From contig OY762940.1 of the NCBI GenBank assembly GCA_963667255.1, forward strand, positions 64,001-128,000: a DNA stretch of 64,000 nt, written 5' to 3'. This DNA is from Candidatus Cloacimonadota bacterium (GTDB lineage Bacteria; Cloacimonadota; Cloacimonadia; G963667145). Below the pieces are notes generated by a model. The model worked only from the letters and a program-made list of their open reading frames with translations, was not told the DNA's origin and searched no databases. Shown here in pieces: positions 39,963 to 50,618 of the stretch. Each line of letters opens with the position of its first letter. Positions within the stretch are counted from its first letter, which is position 1. Made by a program: the position numbers and the translations under genes.

Positions 39963-41204
39963 TTAAGCCTTATACCTTTTAAAAATTACAACTCCGTTAT
40001 GTCCGCCGAAGCCGAGAGAATTACTCAAAGCGACATTAATATCCAGCTCTTCCGCACCATTTGCTACATAATCCAAATCACACTCGGGGTCAGGATTTAT
40101 GATATTAATAGTCGGATGAACTTTCCCTGTTTCTATAGACTTGCAACACACTATCGCCTCAATAGCTGCAGCTCCACCCAGCGTGTGTCCAATCATAGAT
40201 TTAGTGGAATTTATTTTCAACTTCTTGGCATGACCACCAAAAACCGTCTTAATAGACTGCGTTTCAGAACTATCATTATACGGAGTGGAAGTTCCGTGAG
40301 CACTAATGTATTGCACCTCTTCCGGTGATACGCCGGCATCAGACAGGGCAGTTTGCATCGCTCTAACTCCACCTTCTCCACCTTCTGCTGGAGCGGTAAT
40401 GTGATAAGCATCACAAGTTGCACCATAGCCGATGACTTCAGCATAAATCTTCGCACCTCTAGCCTTGGCGTGTTCCAACTCCTCAAAAACCAAAACACCT
40501 GCACCTTCTCCGATGATAAATCCGTCCCGCTCTGCATCAAAAGGTCGGCATGCGGTTTTCACATCGTCGTTGCGAGTGGACAGTGCTTTCATCGAGCAAA
40601 ATCCCGCAACTGACAACGGCGTAACAGCAGCCTCCGAGCCTCCGGTAACCACGATGTCGGCATCTCCGTATTGCAGAGCACGATAAGCCGAACCAAGAGC
40701 ATGATTAGCGGATGCACACGCCGAAGAACAAGTAAAATTCGGACCTTTCAAACCAAATTTAATAGCAACACCGGCAGCCGCAGCATTAATAATCATCTTG
40801 GGAATGAACTGCGGAGACACTCTTCTCGGCCCTTTCTCCAACAAAACCTTGGTTTCGTTTTCAAAGGTCTCCATTCCGCCGATACCACATCCCATAATGC
40901 AACCAGCTCTAAAAGAATCGAAATTCTCCTCAGCCAAATTGGCATCCTTCATCGCCTCTTCAGCAGCGACAAGCATATAAATGGAATAAGCGTCCAACTT
41001 TCTGGCCGACTTTTTATCCAAAACCTCTGCAGGATCAAAATTCTTAATCTCTCCAGCCATTTGTGCAGCAAAATCTTCAGGATCAAATTTAGTAATTCTA
41101 TCTATACCATTGGTTCCCTTGAGCATAGCTTCCCAACTCTCCGAAACACTATGACCGACAGAATTAATCGTACCAAGACCTGTAACAACAACTCTCTTTT
41201 TCAT
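39963..41204 (-). CDS. fabF: 3-oxoacyl-ACP synthase II
   Basis: SACAS, AHGTST, KSMIGHTLG, NSLGFGG. Confidence 0.97.
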   Translation of the reverse strand: MKKRVVVTGLGTINSVGHSVSESWEAMLKGTNGIDRITKFDPEDFAAQMAGEIKNFDPAEVLDKKSARKLDAYSIYMLVAAEEAMKDANLAEENFDSFRAGCIMGCGIGGMETFENETKVLLEKGPRRVSPQFIPKMIINAAAAGVAIKFGLKGPNFTCSSACASANHALGSAYRALQYGDADIVVTGGSEAAVTPLSVAGFCSMKALSTRNDDVKTACRPFDAERDGFIIGEGAGVLVFEELEHAKARGAKIYAEVIGYGATCDAYHITAPAEGGEGGVRAMQTALSDAGVSPEEVQYISAHGTSTPYNDSSETQSIKTVFGGHAKKLKINSTKSMIGHTLGGAAAIEAIVCCKSIETGKVHPTINIINPDPECDLDYVANGAEELDINVALSNSLGFGGHNGVVIFKRYKA

Positions 41205-41305
41205 ACCAAATTAATTCTCCTTATAAAAAAATTACAAAAAAATAGTAGCTACTCCTTTGGTGCGAAAAACCATTTTCATTCCCAAAAAAATAGCTACTTA
41301 AAGTT

Positions 41306-41539
41306 TTAACCTAATTTCTCTTTGAGATATTCGATAGATTCTCCAACAGTTTTAAGCTTACCCGCATCTTCATCAGGAATCTCAATATCAAACTCTTCCT
41401 CAAATTTCATAATAAGCTCTACTGTGTCGAGAGAATCTGCACCCAAATCGTCAATATAACTGGCAGAAGGGACAACCTCGGCAGCATCCACATCCAACTC
41501 ATCCACGATAATATCTCTTACTTTAGCTTCAATATCCAT
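41306..41539 (-). CDS. acpP: Acyl carrier protein
   Basis: [12 protein letters not shown]. Confidence 0.98.
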   Translation of the reverse strand: MDIEAKVRDIIVDELDVDAAEVVPSASYIDDLGADSLDTVELIMKFEEEFDIEIPDEDAGKLKTVGESIEYLKEKLG

Positions 41540-41577
41540 TTCCAGTCCTCCTAAATGGTTAACTTCTCTTATTTTTT

Positions 41578-42321
41578 TTATCTCATTACTATCCCACCAT
41601 CAACATTGATGGTTTGACCAGTAATATATCTAGCTCTGTCACTCGATAGAAATAAACACAACTCCGCTACATCGTCCACAGACCCCAAGTATCCGAGGGG
41701 AATAGCAGACTTATAACCACTTACAACCTCTTCCGGCAAACTTTCAGTCATCTCAGTTTGAATAAACCCCGGAGCAACAGCGTTACATCTGATACCACGA
41801 GAACATAGTTCCTTTGCCACAGATTTACTGAAAGCGATAAGACCGCCTTTGCTTGCAGCATAGTTTGACTGTCCAATATTGCCCATAAGCCCTATCACAG
41901 AAGCGATATTAATGATAACGCCCGACTTCTGCTTCATCATTATTTTGCTGACCTTCTGCGTGCTGACAAAAGCACCCTTTAGGTTCACATCCATCACCAT
42001 GTCCCAATCAGTCTCCTTCATCCGCAACAAAAGAGCGTCTCTAGTAACTCCGGCATTATTTATCAAAATATCAACCGAACCAAACTGCCCCTTGACATCA
42101 TCAAAAACCTTGCTCATACTCTCGCCATCGGTAACATCAGCTTTTTTGCCATCAACCGTGCCGAAAGATTTCAAAGAACAAATAGCCTTGTTTACAGCCT
42201 CTTCATCCACATCCACTATGAAAACCTTCGCTCCATTCGTAACAAAGAGTTTCGCTATACCAAGCCCTATCCCTCTGGCTGCACCTGTTATCACCGCTAC
42301 TTTATCTTTCAACATCATCAC
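41578..42321 (-). CDS. fabG: 3-oxoacyl-ACP reductase
   Basis: [23 protein letters not shown]. Confidence 0.96.
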   Translation of the reverse strand: MMMLKDKVAVITGAARGIGLGIAKLFVTNGAKVFIVDVDEEAVNKAICSLKSFGTVDGKKADVTDGESMSKVFDDVKGQFGSVDILINNAGVTRDALLLRMKETDWDMVMDVNLKGAFVSTQKVSKIMMKQKSGVIINIASVIGLMGNIGQSNYAASKGGLIAFSKSVAKELCSRGIRCNAVAPGFIQTEMTESLPEEVVSGYKSAIPLGYLGSVDDVAELCLFLSSDRARYITGQTINVDGGIVMR

Positions 42322-42322
42322 T

Positions 42323-43285
42323 CTATACTTCGTTCAATTTCGCCACAACTTCAGCGACATCTTCCATCTTAGCAACATTCAAAACTCTCGCTTTTTTGTC
42401 AGTCTTTTTTATCATTCCGCTGACGGCTTTGCCCGGACCAAACTCGATGAAAACATCAACACCTTCATCCAACATTTTTTCCACAGAAGATGTCCACAGC
42501 ACAGCACCATCAACCTGCTTAATCAAATTATCCTTAATCTCTGCCACATCCGTATGCAACTTCGCATCCACATTACTGACTACTGGACAGACACTGTCAT
42601 TAAACTCAATTTTGTCCAACTCTTTTGCCAAATTTTCCGTTGCAGATCTCATCAAAGGACTATGAAACGCACAACTTACCGCCAAAGGAAGTGCTCTCTT
42701 CGCACCCGCAGATTTTGCAAGTTCAGCCACTTTTTGCATAGCCTCCCTATGACCAGAGACGACAACTTGCACAGGAGAATTAAAATTCGCAACCACCGCA
42801 ATCTGCCCACCGACGCTTACCTCTTCACAAATTTTCTCAACAACGCCTATCTCCAGCCCAATAATCGCACACATACCACCATTGCTACCTTCGCCGGCAG
42901 CAGCCATAAATTTGCCTCTCTTATGCACAAGAGACAATGCGTCTTCGATATTCAAAACACCCGAAGACACCAACGCTGAGAACTCGCCAAGTGAATGCCC
43001 TGCAACAAAATTCGGAACAATATCCACTTCACGCAAAAGAGCCCTAAGAGCCAAGCAAGAATGGAACAAAACAGTAGGTTGAGTAAATTCCGTATGTGCC
43101 AATTTTTCCTCAGGTCCATTTTGCATAATGTCCAACAAATCGAACCCCACCTCTTGCGAAAAACTATCAGCAACCTTTCTCATTTCGCCATCTAAGGCGA
43201 TAAAATCCATAGCCATCCCCACATACTGAGAACCTTGACCAGGAAAAACAAAAGCTATTTTTTTATTTTTATACATAAAATTCAC
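42323..43285 (-). CDS. fabD: Malonyl-CoA:ACP transacylase
   Basis: FPGQGSQ, GHSLGE, AFHS. Confidence 0.96.
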   Translation of the reverse strand: MNFMYKNKKIAFVFPGQGSQYVGMAMDFIALDGEMRKVADSFSQEVGFDLLDIMQNGPEEKLAHTEFTQPTVLFHSCLALRALLREVDIVPNFVAGHSLGEFSALVSSGVLNIEDALSLVHKRGKFMAAAGEGSNGGMCAIIGLEIGVVEKICEEVSVGGQIAVVANFNSPVQVVVSGHREAMQKVAELAKSAGAKRALPLAVSCAFHSPLMRSATENLAKELDKIEFNDSVCPVVSNVDAKLHTDVAEIKDNLIKQVDGAVLWTSSVEKMLDEGVDVFIEFGPGKAVSGMIKKTDKKARVLNVAKMEDVAEVVAKLNEV

Positions 43286-43333
43286 CCCTCAAAAGAAACA
43301 TTTCAACATTCCTCACAACGAGCATTAATATTA

Positions 43334-44383
43334 TCAAGAACATAAAGACCAATATCTTTTAATCCTATTTGAAATCTTGTCGTTTTTTTTGCCACTATAC
43401 TCAAAGAAATCTCTGCAATAACGAACAATTCCCGATTCGGCAGTTTGTGCCGCAAATCTGATACCACCAGCAATCGCATCCTCACTGCTGGAACCATGCC
43501 CAACTACGGTAATTCCCTTGAGACCAAGCAACAAAGCTCCACCGTAAACAGACGGGTCCATCTCCTTTTTGAACAAAGAAAAAACGGAACTCATAAACAA
43601 AACACCCACTTTAGCCCACAAACTCTTTTTGATTCCGCTTTTAAGCTTCTTGAGTATGAACTTGCTCGTTCCCTCGACAGACTTCAAGAAAATATTTCCC
43701 GTAAACCCATCACAGACAATCACATCCACATCTCCATACACAGCAGACGGTTCCACATTGCCGATGAAATTCACGCTTTTCTCTTTTACCAAACTGTCAT
43801 GCACCTTGACATAAAGTTGCGAGCCCTTGGTGTCTTCCTCGCCGATATTCAACAAACCAACCTTGGGACGGTCTATATCGTAATAAAAATGAGAGTACAG
43901 ACTTCCCATTTGAGCAAATTGCACCAAAACATCAGCTTTGCAATCAGCGTTTGCACCCACATCCAAAACAATCTTCGGTCTATCCACTCCAGGGAATAGC
44001 GTAGCAATAGCGGGACGAGCAATACCTTTAATCCTACCATAATTAAGCAAGGAAGCCGCCATCACGGCACCAGTATTGCCTGCAGAAAAAACAGCATCTA
44101 CTTCATTCTGAGTGGACAACTCCAAAGCTTTTACCAAGGACGAGTCCTTCTTCTTGCGAACCGCTCTAGCACCTTTGTCTTCCATAGTGATAACCTCGCG
44201 GGCATCCACTACTTCTATCTTACTTTTATCATAAGTGTACTTGCTTAGTTCACTCTCGATTTCCTCTTGCCTGCCCACCAGCACTATCTTTCCGCAAAAT
44301 CCTCTCTCAAGAGCACGAACACTACCGGCGACCTCACAAGCAGGAGCAAAATCTCCGCCAAAAGCATCTACAGCTATTTTCAT
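43334..44383 (-). CDS. plsX: Phosphate acyltransferase PlsX
   Basis: IAVDAFGGD, SAGNTGA, DVGAN, NIGEE..KG, CDGFTGN. Confidence 0.96.
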   Translation of the reverse strand: MKIAVDAFGGDFAPACEVAGSVRALERGFCGKIVLVGRQEEIESELSKYTYDKSKIEVVDAREVITMEDKGARAVRKKKDSSLVKALELSTQNEVDAVFSAGNTGAVMAASLLNYGRIKGIARPAIATLFPGVDRPKIVLDVGANADCKADVLVQFAQMGSLYSHFYYDIDRPKVGLLNIGEEDTKGSQLYVKVHDSLVKEKSVNFIGNVEPSAVYGDVDVIVCDGFTGNIFLKSVEGTSKFILKKLKSGIKKSLWAKVGVLFMSSVFSLFKKEMDPSVYGGALLLGLKGITVVGHGSSSEDAIAGGIRFAAQTAESGIVRYCRDFFEYSGKKNDKISNRIKRYWSLCS

Positions 44384-44389
44384 AAATTT

Positions 44390-44575
44390 CTATTGTGCGT
44401 CAGAAACCTCTACGACCTCTTTGCCACCATAGTAACCACAACTAGTACAAAGGTGATGAGGTCTTACGGTAGCACCACAATTAGAACATTCAGAAACTCC
44501 AGGCAACACAGCCTTAAAATGAGTTCTTCTTTTTCTCTTCCTTTGTTTGGAAGTTTTTCTTTTTGGTACAGCCAT
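44390..44575 (-). CDS. rpmF: 50S ribosomal protein L32
   Basis: [10 protein letters not shown], zinc-ribbon cysteines. Confidence 0.97.
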   Translation of the reverse strand: MAVPKRKTSKQRKRKRRTHFKAVLPGVSECSNCGATVRPHHLCTSCGYYGGKEVVEVSDAQ

Positions 44576-44682
44576 TTAAATCTCCTAAAATTTAACATTC
44601 TCTAAGTTTGCAAATTTTTCTCACCCGAATATATGTCAAGTTAAATAGGTGGCAAAAAAGTTAGAAATCCCCTAAAAACTTA

Positions 44683-45966
44683 CTACAATTTATACTCAAA
44701 TCCCAACGCAAAAATATTGTTCAACTTGCTATACTTGGTAGAAACAGAGCCACCAATTAAACCAGTTTCATCTTTATAATCATTAAGCATATAGGATATA
44801 TTCACACCAAATTTTTCTGTAAACTTGTAGCCACCGCCGCAAGCGTAAGAGTTACAATCTAATGGAGGACTCATTTGCTCTACAAGAGTATAATCATTTG
44901 CAGGTAAGCCATTTTCAGTTCTCATATAGCCGATAGTTCCCCAAATTCTCTCGGAAAAATTGTATTTTGCAGAGAAAGCCAAATCGTAAGAATTATCAGT
45001 AACCTTATCTGCAACATTATATTTATTAAGATTGCTATCGTAATTGTCCCAAGTAGCATTTTTGTCGAAATAGTAAGTAAGAGAAGTAGCAAAACTCAAT
45101 TTATCGTTCACCTCATAATTTGCACCAAATCCAAGAAGTGCAGGCAAATCACGACGATTTTTGTCACCATCTTTTTTGCCTTGACTAGACAAAACACTTT
45201 TGCCAAGAGTATTCGATTTATCGTCCAATTCGAAATCAAGATTTACTTGACTCTCATAACGAAGAGCAAATCGCAATGGTTTGAAAGGAACATAATCAAC
45301 ACTGGCAACTCCACCAAAACCACTGGCAGTTTCTCCATAATCTAAAGAAACAGCACCAGCAGCAGAAGTCATACTTGCTTCTACACTCTTATCTGCATAA
45401 ACATATCTCGCACCCAAAGCCACGGAAACTTGGTCAGTTACTTGATAAGCACCACCAGTAGTGAAAGTATAATAAACACTATTAGCTTTTACTTTATCAT
45501 CACTAAAATTAACACTGAGTGTCCCGCCATTAAGTTTTGTAGCTAAACTTGTTCCTAAAGCAAAAGTTGTAGCATTACCATCTTTGTAATCTACCGTTCC
45601 ACCGCCACCATTCGTAGTGAAGCAGCCAAAAAATCCCCAATCGTTCTTCTTATAAGTTGCAAAAGCGTTAGGAATTGTCGAAGGAGTATTTTGCTCCTTT
45701 GTGACCTCTTTGCCAACTCTCGCGTCTGTGTAGGTATGCTCATAAGTTTTTAAAATATATTGGCAATCAACACTAAAATCCCAGCCTTCATAACCAAACA
45801 TAATTCCAGCGGGGTTAAATGCCGCAATATCCGGTGCATCCACGGCTGCGTTTCTGGTCGGCTCCCCTATATAGCGTGAACCAAGATTTTGCTTATTATC
45901 GATACCTCCGGCAACCAATTGCCCCACTACCATCGTTCCCAAAACCAACATTAATATTCTTTTCAT
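44683..45966 (-). CDS. FadL/OmpP1-family outer membrane transporter
   Basis: Signal peptide, NPAG motif, beta-strand pattern, C-terminal FEYKL. Confidence 0.8.
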   Translation of the reverse strand: MKRILMLVLGTMVVGQLVAGGIDNKQNLGSRYIGEPTRNAAVDAPDIAAFNPAGIMFGYEGWDFSVDCQYILKTYEHTYTDARVGKEVTKEQNTPSTIPNAFATYKKNDWGFFGCFTTNGGGGTVDYKDGNATTFALGTSLATKLNGGTLSVNFSDDKVKANSVYYTFTTGGAYQVTDQVSVALGARYVYADKSVEASMTSAAGAVSLDYGETASGFGGVASVDYVPFKPLRFALRYESQVNLDFELDDKSNTLGKSVLSSQGKKDGDKNRRDLPALLGFGANYEVNDKLSFATSLTYYFDKNATWDNYDSNLNKYNVADKVTDNSYDLAFSAKYNFSERIWGTIGYMRTENGLPANDYTLVEQMSPPLDCNSYACGGGYKFTEKFGVNISYMLNDYKDETGLIGGSVSTKYSKLNNIFALGFEYKL

Positions 45967-46174
45967 TTTTTCTCCTCTTAATTTCGTCGAACCAATTTCA
46001 ACTAATTATTTCGAAGTCAGACTTTTTTTTCGGAAACAAATGTCAAAACCAAAGAGATTAAAAAACGAAAACAAACCTATGGGTAGGTTTTAGATTATAT
46101 TTGAGAGAGATACAACTATTCCAAAGTTAGCTATTTGTTTAATTTTTAATAAATTAGCCTTTGAACACTTGACC

Positions 46175-46213
46175 AAAAAAAAGCTCTCCCACCCTATTTC
46201 GAGTGAAAGAGCT
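46175..46213 (-). terminator. Intrinsic terminator
   Basis: AGCTCT...AGAGC stem followed by T8 on the - strand after the NifX-like gene. Confidence 0.65.
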
Positions 46214-46265
46214 AATATAAAATTTCCAGTTTAGCTTGAGAGCTAACTATCCATTTGTAAGAACG

Positions 46266-46601
46266 CTAAAGCGTAAATTGGTGCAATCCAACTTGATTGA
46301 ATTGAACAATGTTTTCCTCAACCGACCCAATTACGCCTTTGTAAACCTTGATTTTTGCCTCGTTAAATTTCTTCAATGCACCTTTGCTAATCCCACCAAC
46401 CACTACGGCATCAATTTTGTTTTCCACAAACGAAGCCATCGGATCGTATCCGTCATGGTCGGAATTTATATGTTTGTTCTCCACAGTTATAAAACCTTTT
46501 GTGCTATCATCATAGACCACAAAAAAAGGTGCAGCGACACAACTGTCCAGCACCTTACTTTTTTCAGCGTTACCGCCGTCTACAGGGAAACAAATTTTCA
46601 T
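46266..46601 (-). CDS. NifB/NifX-family (FeMo-cofactor-binding fold) protein
   Basis: MKICFP, APFFVVYD, VVVGGISKGA, IKVY. Confidence 0.8.
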   Translation of the reverse strand: MKICFPVDGGNAEKSKVLDSCVAAPFFVVYDDSTKGFITVENKHINSDHDGYDPMASFVENKIDAVVVGGISKGALKKFNEAKIKVYKGVIGSVEENIVQFNQVGLHQFTL

Positions 46602-46787
46602 CGCAATATCCTCCTTGGAATTTAATCGGAATCAGATTAATAAACAAAATTTAGTAGCTCCAAAAATAAAGTCAAGAAAAAAGGTTTGCACTTTAAAACT
46701 ATCCGCTAAATATTGAAAGTCAACAGATGGCAAAACAATTTTTGGAAATTATCAGACAATTAATTAACCTCGGAATAAGGAGAAAAA

Positions 46788-47117
46788 ATGAAATGGATTT
46801 TACTGTCTATCGGAATAGTCGCAGAACTTCTGGGCTCAACTTGCATGAAAATGTCGCTCGGTTTCACAAAATTATCCCCCTCAATATTCACATTCGTTTT
46901 TTGGGCAATTGGTCTTACAGTTTTTTTGTTCGCATTGAAACAGTTTGACCTGAGTTTTGCCTATGCTATATGGGCAGGTTTGGGAATCTTGGGTGTATCC
47001 TTGATAGGAATTTTCGTCTTCAAAGAACCATGCAACACTCTGAAAATAGTCTCAATCCTATTAATCGTAATCGGAGTGATTACCCTAAACATCAGCGATA
47101 TTTTGATGAGAAAATAG
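46788..47117 (+). CDS. SMR family small multidrug/DMT transporter
   Basis: 109 aa, 4 TM, membrane Glu (AELL), KMSLGFTK, AYAIWAG. Confidence 0.9.
   Translation: MKWILLSIGIVAELLGSTCMKMSLGFTKLSPSIFTFVFWAIGLTVFLFALKQFDLSFAYAIWAGLGILGVSLIGIFVFKEPCNTLKIVSILLIVIGVITLNISDILMRK
46956..47116 (+). repeat. 161-bp direct repeat, copy 1 (3' half of the SMR gene)
   Basis: Matches 50619..50779 with 2 mismatches. Confidence 0.95.
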
Positions 47118-47123
47118 TTTTCT

Positions 47124-48215
47124 TTACTTTTTCAAACCGTGTCCGGTAAAAACTGAAACAATGGTCTCGTCGCCTCTATCGCCATCTTCCAAATATTTCT
47201 CCACTCCGGCATATGCTGCCACTGCGGTCGGTTCTACATAAATCCCCATTTTTTTTACTCGTCCCCATACATCTGCCAAAAGCCGCTCAGAAACAGTTAC
47301 GAAACATCCTCCACTATCTTTAACAGCTTGCAAAATTTGCTGACATCTGATGGGCTTACTTATTGCTATTCCCTCTGCCAGAGTATCACTAACTTTGGCA
47401 ACCAATAAATTCCCTTCTCCATTTCCAAAGCTCTTAGCCAAGGGTGCACAATTCTCTGCCTGCACTCCTACAATCTTTGGTAATTTGCTGATAACTCCAC
47501 CAGCCAACAACTGCTGAAATCCCAAATAAGCACCCAAAAGCAGTGTGCCATTACCAACAGGTAAAACCACTGTATCAGGAGCAACCCAACCCAATTGCTC
47601 ACTAACCTCAAAAGCAAAAGTCTTAGTCCCTTCAAAAAAATAAGGATTGTAGCTATGGCTCGCATAATAGCTATCATGAGCCAACTCCAGTGCCTTATCA
47701 GCAACATCTTGCCGACTTCCCTCTATAGCCAATAACTCGGCTCCCACTTGAGAAATCTGTTTTAGTTTGCTAAGAGAATTAGATGCTGGAACTAAAATCT
47801 TGCTTTTTATTCCAGCTTTTGCACAATAAGCGGCTATCGCAGCTCCAGCATTACCGGAAGAATCCTCAATCACTTGCTTGATTCCCAACTCTTTTATCTT
47901 GCTAACCAAAACTGTCGCTCCTCTGTCTTTGTAAGAGCCACTGGGAAAAATATGGTCGAATTTGAATAGAATATCTTTGCCTTTCACACAAATTTTTTGC
48001 AAAGATGTAAATCCCTCGCCAAAGCTAACTCTATTTTCAAAAGACACTGGTAATACATGATGATACCGCCACAAGCTGTTCTCATTTTTATCAACTTTCC
48101 CCACATCAAAAACAATATCACTTACACAATCCAACAATCCACCACATTCACAACACCATACGGATTGAGTTTCCTCATATCTTCTGCCACATTCATTACA
48201 AATCAAATGTCCCAA
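47124..48215 (-). CDS. Threonine synthase-like PLP enzyme
   Basis: GGAGGT RBS before TTG 48215; N-terminal Cys cluster, GEGFT, PSGSYKDRG, DSSGNAG, PVGNG, VEPT. Confidence 0.85.
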   Translation of the reverse strand: MGHLICNECGRRYEETQSVWCCECGGLLDCVSDIVFDVGKVDKNENSLWRYHHVLPVSFENRVSFGEGFTSLQKICVKGKDILFKFDHIFPSGSYKDRGATVLVSKIKELGIKQVIEDSSGNAGAAIAAYCAKAGIKSKILVPASNSLSKLKQISQVGAELLAIEGSRQDVADKALELAHDSYYASHSYNPYFFEGTKTFAFEVSEQLGWVAPDTVVLPVGNGTLLLGAYLGFQQLLAGGVISKLPKIVGVQAENCAPLAKSFGNGEGNLLVAKVSDTLAEGIAISKPIRCQQILQAVKDSGGCFVTVSERLLADVWGRVKKMGIYVEPTAVAAYAGVEKYLEDGDRGDETIVSVFTGHGLKK

Positions 48216-48934
48216 TTGCCTACCTCCTTCACTACTTTTTGAGCAAGAATAACGCATGGGTCTAACAAACTCACATCAAAATCTTTCTGTTGCATCGCCA
48301 AAGGAATCTCTGTACACCCCATGATAATAGCTTCAGCACCTTTTTCAATCAAATCATGAGCAACACTATCCAGTCTATCTTTTGCCCAAGAAAAATCGCC
48401 ACCGCTTTTTATTCCCTTTTCTCCATCATAAATAGCAGAGCTAACCAGATTTTTACCAAAATCATCAGGCAAAAGCAACTCTCCACAATCAAGCTGCGAA
48501 AAATAGTCCGCATAAACTCCACTGCCATAAGTTCCATGAGTTGACAACAATCCTACTTTTCGCAAATTAAGATTTTTAATCTCCAAGCAAGTTTGCTCAA
48601 CAAGATTCAAAAATGTTACATCTTTATCCTGCAAAAAATCCAAAACAGGCGATAAAATAGGAGCAGAGTGGGCAGTATTGCAAGGAATGGTTAAAATCTT
48701 CGCTCCTATTTGCAATAACTTCTCCATAACATAAATAATCCCGTAGGCAGGATTCGGCAAATTCCTGTCTTGCAGATACGCACTGCGATCCCCAATCTTT
48801 TCCGAAGCAGAAATATGATATATCTCCAAATGCTCTTGGTCTGTGCCAGCCTTAGTAGCTTCTATAATTTTTCGGTGAAAATCAACTCCGGCTAATGGAC
48901 CTACACCACCAACTATCCCAATAATTTTGCCCAT
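48203..48934 (-). CDS. Aspartate/glutamate racemase family protein
   Basis: GIVGGVGP, PCNTAH, GCTEIP. Confidence 0.92.
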   Translation of the reverse strand: MGKIIGIVGGVGPLAGVDFHRKIIEATKAGTDQEHLEIYHISASEKIGDRSAYLQDRNLPNPAYGIIYVMEKLLQIGAKILTIPCNTAHSAPILSPVLDFLQDKDVTFLNLVEQTCLEIKNLNLRKVGLLSTHGTYGSGVYADYFSQLDCGELLLPDDFGKNLVSSAIYDGEKGIKSGGDFSWAKDRLDSVAHDLIEKGAEAIIMGCTEIPLAMQQKDFDVSLLDPCVILAQKVVKEVGNWDI

Positions 48935-49012
48935 AGATTCTCCTTACAAATACTATATATAAAGAGTGCCGCTCTCGGTATTCCAAAAACGACACTCAAA
49001 ATTTGATTTTTT

Positions 49013-50296
49013 CTATTTCCACTTATCCATATCAAGCAAGCCTTCACTTTTGGCAATAACAGTTGAGCAAGTCATATCTCCAGTTACATTGATACAAGTA
49101 CGACCCATATCCAAAATAGCATCAATACCCAAAATCATAGCGTAAGCAGCAGCCACAGGCGAACCAGCCTCAAGAGGCATGCCAATAGATTCCAAAACAA
49201 GCATAAGCATAATAGCACCTGCTCCGGGAACTCCTGCTGTTCCTATAGATGCCAAAACTGCCGTAACGATTACTGTGATTTGAGCACCCAAACTCAAAGG
49301 GAGCCCAACAGCAAAACCGATAAACATCGCACAAACACCTTGATAAATTGCCGTTCCATCCATGTTAATGGTAGCACCGAGTGGCAAAGAGAACGAATAA
49401 ACATCTTTGTGAATGCCCAGTTCTTCCTCAGCAGTTTTCATAGAAACAGGCAAAGTGCCACTACTGCTACGAGTAACAAAAGCAGTAATCATTGGAGCTT
49501 TTATTTTCCCCAATAATTTAATCGGTTGTAGACCGGCAAATTTTGCAATAAGAGTATAGACTATAACTACTTGCAAAATATAGCCAATAAACGCAGCCAA
49601 AGTTACAGTTCCCAAAGGACCAACAGCTTTCAGACCTTGTTTGCCGAAAACAACAGCAATAAGAGCAAAAACTCCGATAGGTGCGTATTGCATAACCCAA
49701 CGAACTATGAGATACATAACCTCAGCAGCAGCATCAAAAACATTGAACAAAGTCTCTCCGGCTTTTTTAATCCGCTCGTCTTTACTAATCTTGAGGTATG
49801 ACAAAGCTATACCGAAAATGATAGCAAAAAAGATTGAAGGCAAAATTTTGCCCGAAACAATACAATCAAGTGGATTTTGGGGAATAATATTCAAGAAAGT
49901 ATCAGCTAAACTCGGAGCGTTAGCAACTTTGCCGGCAGCTCCACCGATATTACCAAGATTAAGCCCCAATCCGGGTTTAAAAAGATTCCCCATTACAAGT
50001 CCAACAGCTACGGCAAAAGCACTGGTTATCAGATAAAAAACCACAGCCTTAATTCCGATTTTGCCCAATTTGGCAGGACTAATACTAGCTGCCCCAACTA
50101 CCAAAGTGCTCAAAACAACAGGCATAACTATCATCTTGAGAAGTCTCACAAAAATATCTCCAAGTGGTTTTAACCAAGAGATACTCTCACCACCTGCGAG
50201 ACCGACAATGGCACCTAGAATAAGCCCCAATAAAATTCTTACCAGCAAATTTGATTTAAAATACCAATCAAACATACCACTTTTTGATTCAGACAT
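49013..50296 (-). CDS. Dicarboxylate/amino acid:cation symporter (GltP/DAACS family)
   Basis: RSSSGTLP, GATINMDGTA, GTAGVPG, DMGRT. Confidence 0.95.
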   Translation of the reverse strand: MSESKSGMFDWYFKSNLLVRILLGLILGAIVGLAGGESISWLKPLGDIFVRLLKMIVMPVVLSTLVVGAASISPAKLGKIGIKAVVFYLITSAFAVAVGLVMGNLFKPGLGLNLGNIGGAAGKVANAPSLADTFLNIIPQNPLDCIVSGKILPSIFFAIIFGIALSYLKISKDERIKKAGETLFNVFDAAAEVMYLIVRWVMQYAPIGVFALIAVVFGKQGLKAVGPLGTVTLAAFIGYILQVVIVYTLIAKFAGLQPIKLLGKIKAPMITAFVTRSSSGTLPVSMKTAEEELGIHKDVYSFSLPLGATINMDGTAIYQGVCAMFIGFAVGLPLSLGAQITVIVTAVLASIGTAGVPGAGAIMLMLVLESIGMPLEAGSPVAAAYAMILGIDAILDMGRTCINVTGDMTCSTVIAKSEGLLDMDKWK

Positions 50297-50618
50297 TTTA
50301 AATTCCTCCTTACTTTTTCATTGTCTCGAAATAACAAATCAAAATTTTTATTGTCAAGTGAAAAGAAGACTAAAATAGCTTTCTATTCTCTATTGACCAT
50401 ATTTTGAGAAAAGTAAAAAAAATCATAAAATTTATGCTTTTGCCACTGGTAAATCCTGCGGGTTACATTCAATTGAATAATTTAAAAGATATTCCCGAAA
50501 AATGAGAAGCTACAAATCACCAAAGAAATGGAAAGGTTTGTCAACGAAGTCGGCTTAGTTGACAAAGTCAGAAAAACTAATTCACTTTGCGATACCACTC
50601 GTCCAAAAAAGATTGAAC

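Noticed and set aside
41236..41300. Short repeats between acpP and fabF, including TAGCTACTCCTT shared with the IVS RBS region
   Set aside because: 12-nt match without the terminal repeat; compatible with chance.
44641..44652. TTAAATAGGTGG resembling the IVS arm
   Set aside because: Partial match only and no partner arm.
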